The notes beneath the pieces are model-generated. The model was not told the DNA's origin. It ran no database searches and saw only the letters and a program-made list of their open reading frames with translations. From Candidatus Latescibacterota bacterium (GTDB lineage: Bacteria; Latescibacterota; CBDEFO01), in assembly GCA_965248755.1 (NCBI GenBank), contig OZ252149.1:4416001-4480000 (forward strand): a DNA stretch of 64,000 nt, given 5' to 3'. Made by a program: the position numbers and the translations under genes. Positions 20,655 to 30,396 of this stretch are shown here, piece after piece (the first letter of the stretch is position 1; the number at the start of each line of letters is the position of its first letter).

Positions 20655-21200
20655 CTAAAGAAGCTTTGCCTTGATATACTGCTTACACCCTTGAGTAAGT
20701 GGTATTACCACCTCTTTAATGCCTAGGGGGTAATCTTTCACTGTTTTGATGTCAACATCTTGCAATCCAAAATGGTCAGCTATTTCTCTCATAAGCTTCC
20801 TTGCGTCCTTGCTCTTAGGATGATACTTGCCGGGGCCATGTGCAAATTTATTCCTGAGGCGGCGGACAAGATAGACCTCGTTACCACCTGTAGCCGTGCG
20901 CTCTAATTTCACACTTTGTCCTACTAGTTTGAGAGATTCCAGTAAAGCGTTTAATCGGAGGATGAAGTTCTGATTGTGCCAGTGAGCAATATCGTTGTTA
21001 CGTCTTATCTGGTCTAGAGTTAGTCCATTCGGATAATACAATTCTACATCTTCTGTGTAGATAGGTGCTGTCCGGAAGAATTGCGAACCAGCATCGATTT
21101 CTCGCATATAAGGAAAACGTGCTCTTGTAGAGTCAAGATAGCCCACCCAGGTATCAAGCAAATCAAGTATGTTCTGAACATATTTAGCTGACCTTTTCAC
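20655..21200 (-). CDS. Hypothetical protein with HEPN-like Rx4H motif
   Basis: RRLRNKFAHG; AAGGAG RBS upstream on the minus strand. Confidence 0.65.
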   Translation of the reverse strand: MKRSAKYVQNILDLLDTWVGYLDSTRARFPYMREIDAGSQFFRTAPIYTEDVELYYPNGLTLDQIRRNNDIAHWHNQNFILRLNALLESLKLVGQSVKLERTATGGNEVYLVRRLRNKFAHGPGKYHPKSKDARKLMREIADHFGLQDVDIKTVKDYPLGIKEVVIPLTQGCKQYIKAKLL

Positions 21201-21555
21201 ATGCTACTCCTTTCTCAAGTTCCACATCAAAAAAGAACTTCTAGCTCGCGTAATATACAAAAGTTCAGAGCAGTAGACAAGGATTTATGCCAATTACCCA
21301 CAAGTTCCTATGATTCCATTGTTAAATCGTACCATTCATAGTGAGAAAAATACAAAGCCTCGCGGTAAAAGTCAACGTTTCAAAACTGAGGAGAGGCCAG
21401 CTAACAACTTGTGAACGAATCCATCTTTTCATGCGATTATTTCTCAAAAGTGATTGACAAACAAAGAAAGCCAAAGATTAAATTTCTAAGATAGCATAAT
21501 GTCGGGATCCAGACCGTTGAGTATCTTTGTATTTTGTTTTCAACATGAGGGCAGA

Positions 21556-21651
21556 ATGGCCTCCAAAATCAGAATAGGGTTCATAGAAAATGGGGGCATA
21601 CGCGCCGACGTTCTGGAGGACATGAGTATGATGCAACTCTCCAATTATTAG
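21556..21651 (+). pseudogene. Possible N-terminal remnant of a Gfo/Idh/MocA oxidoreductase
   Basis: MASKIRIGFIENGGI... resembles K.RIGFIG.GGI; terminates after 31 codons. Confidence 0.35.
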
Positions 21652-21732
21652 GATTTGCAGCAAAAATATCTCCGGGAAGATTCTCCAAAGCCCAGACAAC
21701 GGGGCGGGATTATTATCGGGAGGAATTGAGTT

Positions 21733-22062
21733 GTGAAAGAGACACAAAAGGCATCTTCACTTGTGGCTAATGTGGAGTCGATGATCGAATTTGCCAGCGA
21801 CGGTATTGTGAGCAAGACGATTGCGGAACAGTCCTGCTGCAAGGTGGTGGTGTCCTGCATGTCGTCCGGACAGTCGCTGTCCGAGCATACAGCGAGTTCC
21901 GCCGCCGCGATTCAGATCCTCCAGGGGAGGGGAAAGTTACAGTTGGGAGAAGAAAGCTGTTGTACCGAGCCGGGCGTCTGGATATACATGCCTCCAGATT
22001 GTCCGCACGCTGTCCAGGCAGAAAAAGACCTCGTGTTTCTGCTCACGTTGTTCCCATCATAG
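21733..22062 (+). CDS. Cupin domain protein
   Basis: GQSLSEHT, ILQGRG, PPDCPHAV. Confidence 0.88.
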   Translation: MKETQKASSLVANVESMIEFASDGIVSKTIAEQSCCKVVVSCMSSGQSLSEHTASSAAAIQILQGRGKLQLGEESCCTEPGVWIYMPPDCPHAVQAEKDLVFLLTLFPS

Positions 22063-22130
22063 AAACGATTTACTTTCTCAACACCTAATGTGCTCCCAGA
22101 GACGAGTAGACAGCATAACGGCAGCGGACA

Positions 22131-22336
22131 GTGAGATTGCTTCGGGGGATTTCATTCCTCTATCAATGCCTAAGTCAGAACCGAGGAATGACACAAGGCA
22201 AGAGCAGCCAGGGATTGAAGATCTCAGAAGCAACGTCATTGCGAGCTAAGCGAAGCAATCTCAAAATTGGAGATGGTGATTTCCCTATCTATTCCCGATT
22301 GAAACCCCAATAGTCCCCGATTGATTCTATCGGGGA
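22131..22336. repeat. Composite palindromic repeat with mini-palindrome 22314-22336
   Basis: GTGAGATTGCTTC...GAATGAC; GTCATTGCGAGCTAAGCGAAGCAATCTC; TCCCCGATTGATTCTATCGGGGA. Confidence 0.85.
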
Positions 22337-22383
22337 TGGCGTTCAGGGAAACTGTTTACTGGAGAAGGAAGAGGAGGGGTATT

Positions 22384-23139
22384 ATGCGGTTTGTCGACCA
22401 GGTAGCCGTAGTTACAGGAGGCGGCAGTGGAATAGGGAGGGCTATCGCCTCTGTATTGTCGGAAGAAGGGGCGTCCATAGTGATTATGGACGTGGATAAA
22501 GGTGCAACAGACGAGACAGTGCGGGAACTGGGAAAAAATGATGTCATAACTTTGGGCCTGGAATGCGATGTCTCCGACGTAAGACAGGTACAAAAGGCTT
22601 TTCACTCTGCGATAGATCAGTTTGGAAGGATCGACATTCTGGTCAACAACGCAGGTATTCAGTTCAACTGCCCGACTGTAGAGCTTTCCCCGGAAGATTG
22701 GAAGCGGGTCTTGGGCGTGGATTTAGACGGTGTTTTCTTCTGCAGTCAGGCAGCGGGACGGTATATGATCGATCAGAAAGGCGGCTGTATCGTGAACATC
22801 TCCTCGGTAGCCGGACCTTTTGCCTTCCCAAGGAGAGCGCCCTATTGCGTAAGCAAATCCGGGGTGATAGCCCTAACCAAGGTGTTAGCTGCAGAATGGG
22901 CGGAATATAACATCCGTGCCAACGCCGTGGCTCCCGGATATGTGGAAGCGGGAATATTGCTCAAGTTTGCCGAACTGGGACAGGTAGATCTAAACGAGCT
23001 CCGGCAAAAGAATCTGATGAAGCGTCTGGCAGATCCTTTTGAGGTAGCCCGGACCGTGGCCTTTCTAGCGTCTTCCGATGCAAGCCACATCACGGGCGAG
23101 ACACTCTTTGTGGATGGGGGATACAGCGTGATGAAGTGA
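22384..23139 (+). CDS. Short-chain dehydrogenase/reductase (FabG-like)
   Basis: TGGGSGIG, NNAG, YCVSK, VDGG; GAGGAGGGG RBS before ATG 22384. Confidence 0.93.
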   Translation: MRFVDQVAVVTGGGSGIGRAIASVLSEEGASIVIMDVDKGATDETVRELGKNDVITLGLECDVSDVRQVQKAFHSAIDQFGRIDILVNNAGIQFNCPTVELSPEDWKRVLGVDLDGVFFCSQAAGRYMIDQKGGCIVNISSVAGPFAFPRRAPYCVSKSGVIALTKVLAAEWAEYNIRANAVAPGYVEAGILLKFAELGQVDLNELRQKNLMKRLADPFEVARTVAFLASSDASHITGETLFVDGGYSVMK

Positions 23140-23153
23140 TAAAGGCATATGTA

Positions 23154-23975
23154 TCACAACATCGCAATAAGCCCTGCCGATCCTACAGCCCAGCAGTAGT
23201 ACGAGAATCTCTCAATTGTCCCTCTTCTTACAATTTCTAAAATGACCCTGATGGCTGCGTAGCCTGAGATGTACGCCGCCGCTGTCGCTGTGATAAGGGG
23301 GATAACAGAGGTATAGGATGCTTGCAAGGCGATCAGGTCGTTTATCTGGAACACTGTTACGCCGAGTATCGCAGGGATGGCCAGGAGAAATGAGAATCGA
23401 ACGGCTTGTTCCTTGTGGACGCCTCTCAGAAGGGCTGTGCCAATAGTGAAGCCCGACCTGGAAATGCCAGGTAGGATAGCGAAGGCCTGCGCGATTCCTA
23501 TAAGGACTGTGTCTTTTGCGTTCTGATCTCTTGCATGGTTAGGACTGTAGCGGGTGCACCAAAGGAATGTCCCTGTAACTATGAGCATGATAGGTACCAG
23601 CTGAGGGATGGAAAATAGGTATTCTATATGACTTTTGAAAAAAATGCCAGCTATCGCTATAGGAACCGTGGCAAGGAGTATGAACAGAATAGTATTGAGG
23701 TTTGGATCTTCGTTCAACAACAAGCGGAAGTTTCGACCTTGGAGGACGTTCCCTATCGCTCTGAGAGCGGAGGATATGAGACTTTTTAAGTCCTTCCGGA
23801 AGGCTGTGAATACGGCCAGAAGGGTCCCGAAGTGGGTTATAACTTCAAAGGAGATTCCAGGGGGATCGACATCTAATACGTATTGCAAAAGGACCAGGTG
23901 ACCGCTGCTGCTTACAGGTAGGAACTCGGTTAGGCCCTGCACCAGACCCAGCAGGAGAGCTTGGGGTAGGGTCAT
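23154..23975 (-). CDS. uppP: Undecaprenyl-diphosphate phosphatase
   Basis: QGLTEFLPVSSSGH, PGISRSG, FSFLL. Confidence 0.95.
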   Translation of the reverse strand: MTLPQALLLGLVQGLTEFLPVSSSGHLVLLQYVLDVDPPGISFEVITHFGTLLAVFTAFRKDLKSLISSALRAIGNVLQGRNFRLLLNEDPNLNTILFILLATVPIAIAGIFFKSHIEYLFSIPQLVPIMLIVTGTFLWCTRYSPNHARDQNAKDTVLIGIAQAFAILPGISRSGFTIGTALLRGVHKEQAVRFSFLLAIPAILGVTVFQINDLIALQASYTSVIPLITATAAAYISGYAAIRVILEIVRRGTIERFSYYCWAVGSAGLIAML

Positions 23976-23981
23976 GTTCCT

Positions 23982-25583
23982 TCAAAGCTCCATCGGTTTT
24001 AGCATACAGCCCTCTGTAAATATCTCAAAGAAGTCTGCCTCCTGTTCCAGTTCGATATGTTCTACCTTCTGGACTTCTGTCTCGAGGAACTGCCTCCTTT
24101 GTTTTGAAAGCAGTATTTCTTTGGCCCCTTCCAGAGCTGCGTTCCCGACCTTTACTATCTTTTCTTTGGGAAACGGCGGGATAAGGCCGATGGCGATGGC
24201 GTTTTCAGCCGTCATATAGTTTGCAAAGCCCCCGGCAAAGTAGAATTTCTGGATTTTATCTAAACTTATTCCGGATTTCCTCAAAAGTATCTGCTGTCCC
24301 GAGTAGTTGGCGGCTTTGGCCTGCGCAAGTTCGCTCAAGTCCTTTCTGGAGAGCGTGATCTTTGTACCCTCTGCGACCGTGTATTTGTCTATGCCGTCAG
24401 TGAACCTTGTGAGGTGATCGAGTCTGCCCTTTCTCAGAAGTTCCGCCATAAGGTCTATAAGACCTGAGCCGCATATCCCTCTGGGCTCTATGCCTCCTAT
24501 TGTACTACATCTCAGTGTACCGTTATCGAAGGATGCGGACTCAATTGCTCCCTCCAGTCCGGGCATTCCGTAGGCGATTCCTCCTCCCTCAAAGGCGGGT
24601 CCTGCAGGACAGGAGGCTGCCAGCATGCGGTCTCTGTTTCCAAGCAGGACTTCTGTGTTCGTGCCTATATCTACGAGCATATTCGGCTCGTCGGATTCGA
24701 GCATTCCTGTGGACACAAGACAGCCTGCGGCGTCGGCTCCCACGTGGCATCCGACTAAAGGAGCGCCGTAGACATTCCCTTTGCGGTTTATTCTGACGCC
24801 CGTTTTGAACGCCCTTGCGCTTAAGGCCGTGGTGGATCTTTTACCCTGTTCCATCTCTATTTCAGTGACGGATTTGTAGGGCTTCTCTCCGATAGACTTT
24901 ACACTTATTCTGAAGAATATATCTCTCATCGTGGCATTTCCGACCGCGACCATTTCGTATATCTGGTTCCTCCTGCAGGGAAAGTCTCTTATTTCGTTGT
25001 TTATATATGCCAGCAGGACTTTGTTGAGTTCTCCGTTTTGATGTTCGTTTTCATACTGGATTCTGTGCATTATGTCGCTGCCGCCGAACATCTGTGGATT
25101 TTCAAAGGAGGCCTTGGCTACTTCCTCTCCTGTCTGCAGGTCCATAAGACTCATCACTATTGTAGTTGTGCCGATGTCTGCTGCGATACCGTAGATTTTG
25201 CCTCTATATTGATCTATCTCCTCATCTTTGTAGAGAACTACCGCGCCTCTTCTTGTAACCACAGGGTCAAGTTCTATCTTCTTGGGCTCTCCGAACGTAA
25301 GTATTTTGGGGCGTCTTACGAGTGTAAGTACCTGTATATCTTTTGTGGAATCTGCTATTTTAGCCTGACAGGAGAGCCTGAAGTTCTCTTCGAGAAACTG
25401 TTCCTGTTCGGTTTTGGGTGTGAGGGCGCCGATCCCCTCCTTGATTTCGACTATGCATTCGTGACAGCTTCCGACTCTACCGCAGGAAGTGGGTACTTTT
25501 ATGTCGAGATCGTCCGCAAAATCAAATATGGTTGCTTCTTTCCGGAGTTTTGTCTCTTTATAATTTATGGAGATTGTCCCCAT
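23982..25583 (-). CDS. ASKHA/DUF4445 2Fe-2S protein, reductive activator of corrinoid proteins (RACo-like)
   Basis: CGRVGSCHEC...LSC, DIGTTT, DIGTNTE, AGPAFEG, GICGSG, GNAAL. Confidence 0.9.
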   Translation of the reverse strand: MGTISINYKETKLRKEATIFDFADDLDIKVPTSCGRVGSCHECIVEIKEGIGALTPKTEQEQFLEENFRLSCQAKIADSTKDIQVLTLVRRPKILTFGEPKKIELDPVVTRRGAVVLYKDEEIDQYRGKIYGIAADIGTTTIVMSLMDLQTGEEVAKASFENPQMFGGSDIMHRIQYENEHQNGELNKVLLAYINNEIRDFPCRRNQIYEMVAVGNATMRDIFFRISVKSIGEKPYKSVTEIEMEQGKRSTTALSARAFKTGVRINRKGNVYGAPLVGCHVGADAAGCLVSTGMLESDEPNMLVDIGTNTEVLLGNRDRMLAASCPAGPAFEGGGIAYGMPGLEGAIESASFDNGTLRCSTIGGIEPRGICGSGLIDLMAELLRKGRLDHLTRFTDGIDKYTVAEGTKITLSRKDLSELAQAKAANYSGQQILLRKSGISLDKIQKFYFAGGFANYMTAENAIAIGLIPPFPKEKIVKVGNAALEGAKEILLSKQRRQFLETEVQKVEHIELEQEADFFEIFTEGCMLKPMEL

Positions 25584-25621
25584 TGTGGATTATGCCCTTA
25601 ATCTTGATTTGTGAAAATAGC

Positions 25622-25651
25622 TTGACAATCCTCGTCATATTTCTTTAAGAT
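25622..25651 (+). promoter_or_regulatory. Sigma70-type promoter facing the 3' end of the DUF151 gene
   Basis: TTGACA-18 nt-TAAGAT. Confidence 0.45.
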
Positions 25652-25710
25652 CTGGAGAGGAAATAGCGGACAGATCCAACAGTGCTTAACATTCATCGAA
25701 TAGGAGGGGC

Positions 25711-25866
25711 ATGAAGGAGAGCATAGAGGGGGCAAGTGAGCAACTAAAAGAATTCTTTCAGGTGGCGCTCTTTACGTTTTGGACTTTCTTTTCCCTCTTT
25801 TTCTATCATATCCTGGTTGATGCCATTTTCATCCATTATCCTTCGGGCTACGTATATAGGGGCTGA
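25711..25866 (+). CDS. 51-aa hydrophobic small protein, antisense-overlapping the DUF151 gene (below the ORF-track cutoff)
   Basis: AGGAGGGG RBS then MKESIEGASEQLKEFFQVALFTFWTFFSLFFYHILVDAIFIHYPSGYVYRG*. Confidence 0.45.
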   Translation: MKESIEGASEQLKEFFQVALFTFWTFFSLFFYHILVDAIFIHYPSGYVYRG

Positions 25867-26334
25867 TACCCTGACAGCCAACGCTATCGCGTCACTGGGG
25901 CGGGCATCTACTTCCAGGGTGGAATCGTTGGTCTTCAGGCTAATAGTGGCATAATAAGTATTGTTTCTAAGGTCATCTACATATATGTAGAGAACTTCCA
26001 CACCAAGGGTCCTGAGTACTGACTTCAAAAGATCGTGAGTCATAGGTCTGATCATCTTTTTTTTATGTGTCTCGCGAAGGATAGCCTCAGATTCACAGGT
26101 GCCTATGGTGATAGGGAGGAACCTTTCTTCGTCCTTGTCGCTCAGGAGAACGACAGGCAAACCGAGGACTTTGTCGGCGGCGACGGTATATATCTTAGCC
26201 TCAACAGACGAACGGGGAACATTGGAGGGCAATTTTCTCTCGGACGCAAAGATGTCACGGCTTCTGTTGTCGGAGCAGCCTAAAAGAGCTGCAAGAGCAA
26301 CAGCTAGTAGCAGAAATAGTCTGGGTTTAACCAT
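25744..26334 (-). CDS. Bifunctional nuclease family (DUF151) protein with lipoprotein signal
   Basis: LPITIG..E, RPMTHDL, DARPSDAIALA; LLGC lipobox. Confidence 0.9.
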   Translation of the reverse strand: MVKPRLFLLLAVALAALLGCSDNRSRDIFASERKLPSNVPRSSVEAKIYTVAADKVLGLPVVLLSDKDEERFLPITIGTCESEAILRETHKKKMIRPMTHDLLKSVLRTLGVEVLYIYVDDLRNNTYYATISLKTNDSTLEVDARPSDAIALAVRVSAPIYVARRIMDENGINQDMIEKEGKESPKRKERHLKEFF

Positions 26335-26594
26335 GGTGTCTCTCCTCTCTACATTGAAGATTTAGGTTCAACTTATGAAGCTGACGACTGCTCCATGCAG
26401 ACAGGCATTGCATGTGAAAGTATAGGGTATATTGCATGAGAAGTCAAGGTCTTTTTTGACGCTTTCGGAAAGGTTGCTTTTAGAAGATTATGAGAAAGCT
26501 TTTGAGTTTGGTTCTCCTTTGCAACTCCTTCACAGGGTTGAGATTTGGCACGTATGAATGGCTCTGCTTGGCCTCGGACTCAATTCGCTGTCAG

Positions 26595-26654
26595 TCCCCG
26601 ATTGAATCTATCGGGGAAGCCCAGAGCCACACGAAGGGTCAGCCAAGCAATCTC
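26595..26654. repeat. Mini-palindrome 26595-26617 plus repeat tail
   Basis: TCCCCGATTGAATCTATCGGGGA-AGCCCAGAGCCACACGAAGGGTCAGCCAAGCAATCTC, parallel to 17351-17410. Confidence 0.85.
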
Positions 26655-26778
26655 AATTATCAAGCAGCACGCAGGAGTTTACATTTTGGAGCACCGTAGT
26701 GATTGTCACATATCAATCAAATCTTCGTAACCAAATTATGGCGAAGATCAAGAAAGCCTCGGATGAGGATATGGAGGT

Positions 26779-27330
26779 GTCGAGCCTGTGAGATTGACCG
26801 GATAGTTTGTTGAGGGATACACTCTGGATTGCAACAAAAGAATAGTTGGGGGAAGACAGCTAAAAAAAGAGATAGTGGATCTTGTATTCATGAGCAAATA
26901 CAGATTTGAGAGGAGTCCGGCAGCGGATATAGCTGATAGGATAAATATCTTTTCGACAAAACCAGACAATTTGCAGGCGTAGACGTAATAACAAACGCGC
27001 CTTCGGCGTTGAAGGGCAGGCCCTTTGATCTTATGCTCGTCATCGGAACGGAATGGGAAAAGAGGCGAGAAATTACGCAGGATGAAAAGCTCATAACAAA
27101 GGCGAGAAAAAACTATCTTCAGAAGATCATCATGATAGGTCGGTACCAAAAAGATGGTAACGTTAAAGGATCCTTTGCGATAAAAGATGCAGGCAACATC
27201 AAAGGAATGAAGGTTCTGCTTGTGGACGATCTTTACGATTTCTGTTCGACGGCGAACGAGTGTACAGCGGTACTGAAGAAGCAGAGGCGCCTGGGGACAA
27301 TGCGTTGTGTTTAACCGAGACGATTCTTTT
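26779..27330 (+). pseudogene. ComF-like phosphoribosyltransferase pseudogene
   Basis: VEPVRLTG*FVEGYTLD...SKYR (TAG 26803), frameshift near 26945, then GVDVI..APS...NVKGSF...KVLLVDDLYD PRPP-binding motif. Confidence 0.75.
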
Positions 27331-27371
27331 TATACTCACCAAATAGTAGATGGTAAAGAAAGTGTATTGGA

Positions 27372-28259
27372 TTGGATGATCTCGAGTACATAGTGACGTT
27401 AGGACAGGTGGAGGGAATTGGGCCCAGGATATTCAGGCGGTTAGTGAGAGAATTTGGGACGGCGCGCAAGGTCCTGTCAGCTTCGCCAAATGATATCAGA
27501 GACATTCGCGGAATCGGAAATAAGAGGGCACAACTGATCCGTAAGGCATCGGGGAATGTGGGGCAGACAGGAAATAATATAGCGGCGATAAAGAACAGAG
27601 GAATAGATGTGATCACCTTTTCGGATGCATCCTATCCGAGGAACCTGCTGACTTTGAGGGAAGACGCTCCAATCTTTCTGTACGTGAAAGGTACTTTAAA
27701 AGTCGAAGACGAAAAGTGCGTAGCGATTGTGGGGACCCATAAAGCCACTCAAAGGGGAATGAAAGATGCTCTAAAATTAGCGCGCATCCTGGCAGAGGAG
27801 GGTGTAACTATCGCCAGCGGTCTGGCTTTGGGAATAGATACTGAGGCTCACAGAGGCGCACTGGACAAAGGCAGGACGATTGGAGTGCTGGGTTCAGGCT
27901 TAGATAAAATCTATCCTAAAGAAAATAAACAATTAGCTGATACGATCACTAAGGTGGGAGCACTGATTTCAGAGTACGAGCCAAGCACAGGCGTAAGTGT
28001 GGGACGGTTGATGTCAAGGAACAGGGTCGTCGTAGGCATTTCAAAGGCGTTGATAGTGGTCGAAGCTCTTATTAACAGTGCAGGCACAATGGAGGCCCTG
28101 GAACGTGCCAAACAGCAGAGGAAGACAGTTTATGCCTTAAAGCCAACGGGATTATCTGAAACTGCAGGTGGGTTTGAGGAGTTAATAAAGGTTGGAGCTA
28201 TTGCACTTGAGAGGGCCAACCTCTTAGAGGTGGTACTGCAGAGCGTAAAGGGACAATAA
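27372..28259 (+). CDS. dprA: DNA-processing protein DprA/Smf-like
   Basis: GIGP N-terminal helical domain, VAIVGT, SGLALGID, LISEY, RNR; no C-terminal winged-helix extension. Confidence 0.9.
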   Translation: MDDLEYIVTLGQVEGIGPRIFRRLVREFGTARKVLSASPNDIRDIRGIGNKRAQLIRKASGNVGQTGNNIAAIKNRGIDVITFSDASYPRNLLTLREDAPIFLYVKGTLKVEDEKCVAIVGTHKATQRGMKDALKLARILAEEGVTIASGLALGIDTEAHRGALDKGRTIGVLGSGLDKIYPKENKQLADTITKVGALISEYEPSTGVSVGRLMSRNRVVVGISKALIVVEALINSAGTMEALERAKQQRKTVYALKPTGLSETAGGFEELIKVGAIALERANLLEVVLQSVKGQ

Positions 28260-28370
28260 AGAAACTTACCGTGTCCTCAAAGAGGTGGCCCATTTTAGAC
28301 ATCAGGTAACTTCTCTATTTACCTCGAACTTATATTAGACAAGTCATCTTATACTAATGTGCTTTTTCAC

Positions 28371-28399
28371 TTGACAAATCAGGTATTTGTGTGTATAAT
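28371..28399 (+). promoter_or_regulatory. Consensus sigma70 promoter upstream of the REC-GGDEF gene
   Basis: TTGACA-17 nt-TATAAT (perfect). Confidence 0.8.
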
Positions 28400-28459
28400 A
28401 AAAGGGTTATATAATTTGGACATTCTATAAGGAATATACTGCAAACGCGGAGGATCGTC

Positions 28460-29479
28460 TTGACTGCTGATCTCATAGAAGCGACCGATATTGAGATAAA
28501 CCTTCTGATCGTGGATGATGAAGCGCCTTTGAGGAAACATCTGAAGAAACTCCTGACCATGAAGAACTTGCAGGAGGAGTTAGGCAGGGCGATCTATATA
28601 GATGAGGCCCCGGACGCCGATACGGCGGATGCTTTGATCGAGAGGCACTACGATATTGTTCTTATAGATATGAGCATGCCAAATAGTAAGGGAGATCCGG
28701 ACAAAGAAGTAGGGATCAAACTCCTACAGAGGATAAAGGAGAGGAGCCCGAAATCTGAAGTGATAGCCATAACGGGCTACGGGACGGACGAAAGGGCCAT
28801 CGCTGCTATCGAGATGGGAGCTTTTTATTTTTTGAATAAGCCCTTCCCGAATGAGCTCTTGATTGCCCTGATTAAGCGGATCATCAATATGAAACATACT
28901 GAGAGATTAGCTCAGATAGACGGTTTGACAAATCTTTACAACAAGGCGTTCTTCAACACTATCTTAGAAAATGAAGTAAATAAATTCCCTAAGAAGGGGG
29001 AACCTAAAAGGAGGCTGGTCTCAGCCCTTTCTATCGCTATTGTGGATATAGACAACTTCAAACGGATCAACGATACCTACGGGCACATAGAAGGGGACAG
29101 GACACTGAAGGCGGTGGCGAATGCCTTAAGGAGTTCCTCAAGACGGACGGATATAGTGGCGCGATGGGGAGGGGAAGAGTTTACGGTAATACTCCCAGGA
29201 GCGACAACTGCACCGGCTTTGAATCAAGCTGAAAGGATACGAAAAGCTGTAGGTAATGTGTCAGTTCCGCGCGAGGATGGCAATGGGGAAATCCGCGTTA
29301 CCGCTCGTGTAGGGGTGGCGACCTATCCATCTTTTTTTGAAGATGTGGAGGAATTACTCAAAAGGGCGGATGAGGCGAGCTATTTTGCAAGACAAAATGG
29401 GGGGAATACGACATGTGGGTACGATAGCGAAGGGAAGATCAGGAAGTTTTCGGAATTAGTAGAAAAAGTCGAAGCTTAG
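28460..29479 (+). CDS. Response regulator / diguanylate cyclase (REC-GGDEF)
   Basis: VDDE, IDMSMP, ITG, KP; DGLTNLYN, DIDNFK, RRTD I-site, RWGGEEF. Confidence 0.93.
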   Translation: MTADLIEATDIEINLLIVDDEAPLRKHLKKLLTMKNLQEELGRAIYIDEAPDADTADALIERHYDIVLIDMSMPNSKGDPDKEVGIKLLQRIKERSPKSEVIAITGYGTDERAIAAIEMGAFYFLNKPFPNELLIALIKRIINMKHTERLAQIDGLTNLYNKAFFNTILENEVNKFPKKGEPKRRLVSALSIAIVDIDNFKRINDTYGHIEGDRTLKAVANALRSSSRRTDIVARWGGEEFTVILPGATTAPALNQAERIRKAVGNVSVPREDGNGEIRVTARVGVATYPSFFEDVEELLKRADEASYFARQNGGNTTCGYDSEGKIRKFSELVEKVEA

Positions 29480-29594
29480 AGGTTGGAGAGGATAAGGTTG
29501 CAAAGAAGCCACAAAAACGACCGAACTGTAATGTATTCTGCTTTAGCGTGCGTATTAAGTGATGATTCAGGATAGCCTCCTTTAAGGTGTAGAT

Positions 29595-30392
29595 TTGTAT
29601 AAAGAATATTGAGGTCTAAAGGAATTTCCGTTCGAGAACGTTCCAGATCCGCGCTTCTTCTGGTCTTCCCCTGAGCACGAAGAAGCTCTGGTAAGACTAT
29701 TCTACACTATAAGCAACCGCAAGGGCGCGGCTATGCTCACCGGGGAGATCGGGTCGGGGAAGACGCTCCTGAGCAGAACTCTGGTCAAAGCTTTGGGGAA
29801 AGATAAATATGAGATAGGATTGATAGCTAATCCGACCCTCTCTCCGATTGATTTTTTGAAGGAGATACTATATCAACTGGGGGTCAAACCTAAAGCTGAC
29901 GATAAATTAGAACTCCTGCACGCTTTGAGCGATTCAGCTGTAAATAATATAAGGATAGGAAAGAATACTGTTGTCATTGTGGATGAGGCTCAATCTATAA
30001 AGGACGATGATATTCTGGAGGAACTGCGACTGCTTTTGAATTTTCAGTTGAACAACCAATTCCTTTTGACTCTTGTGCTTATAGGTCAGCCTGAGTTTAG
30101 AGAAAGAGTCGCCAAGATAAAACAGCTTGAACAGAGAATAGCTATCAAATACCACCTGAACAACCTGAATCTGGAAAACACCAAAAACTATATCAATTTC
30201 CGTTTGAAGAAGGCAGGGGCGCAAAGAAAGATATTTACGGATGCGAGTACCGAGGCGCTGTACCGATATTCTTTAGGGCTTCCCAGAGAAATAAATAATC
30301 TTTGCGATATGTCGCTCCTTTTTGGATTTAGCGACAAAGTTCAAGAAATAGACCTCGATATTGTAGGGAAAGTCGCAGATACGAGGAAGTGA
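29595..30392 (+). pseudogene. ExeA/GspA-like AAA ATPase with premature TGA at codon 6
   Basis: TTG-start MYKEY*GLKEFPFENVPDPRFF (TGA 29610-29612 where W is expected), GEIGSGKT, VDEAQ, LIGQPE, GLPREIN. Confidence 0.8.
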
Positions 30393-30396
30393 GATT

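Noticed and set aside
22321..22383. N-terminal extension of the SDR from TTG 22321
   Set aside because: That start lies within the mini-palindrome; the strong RBS precedes ATG 22384
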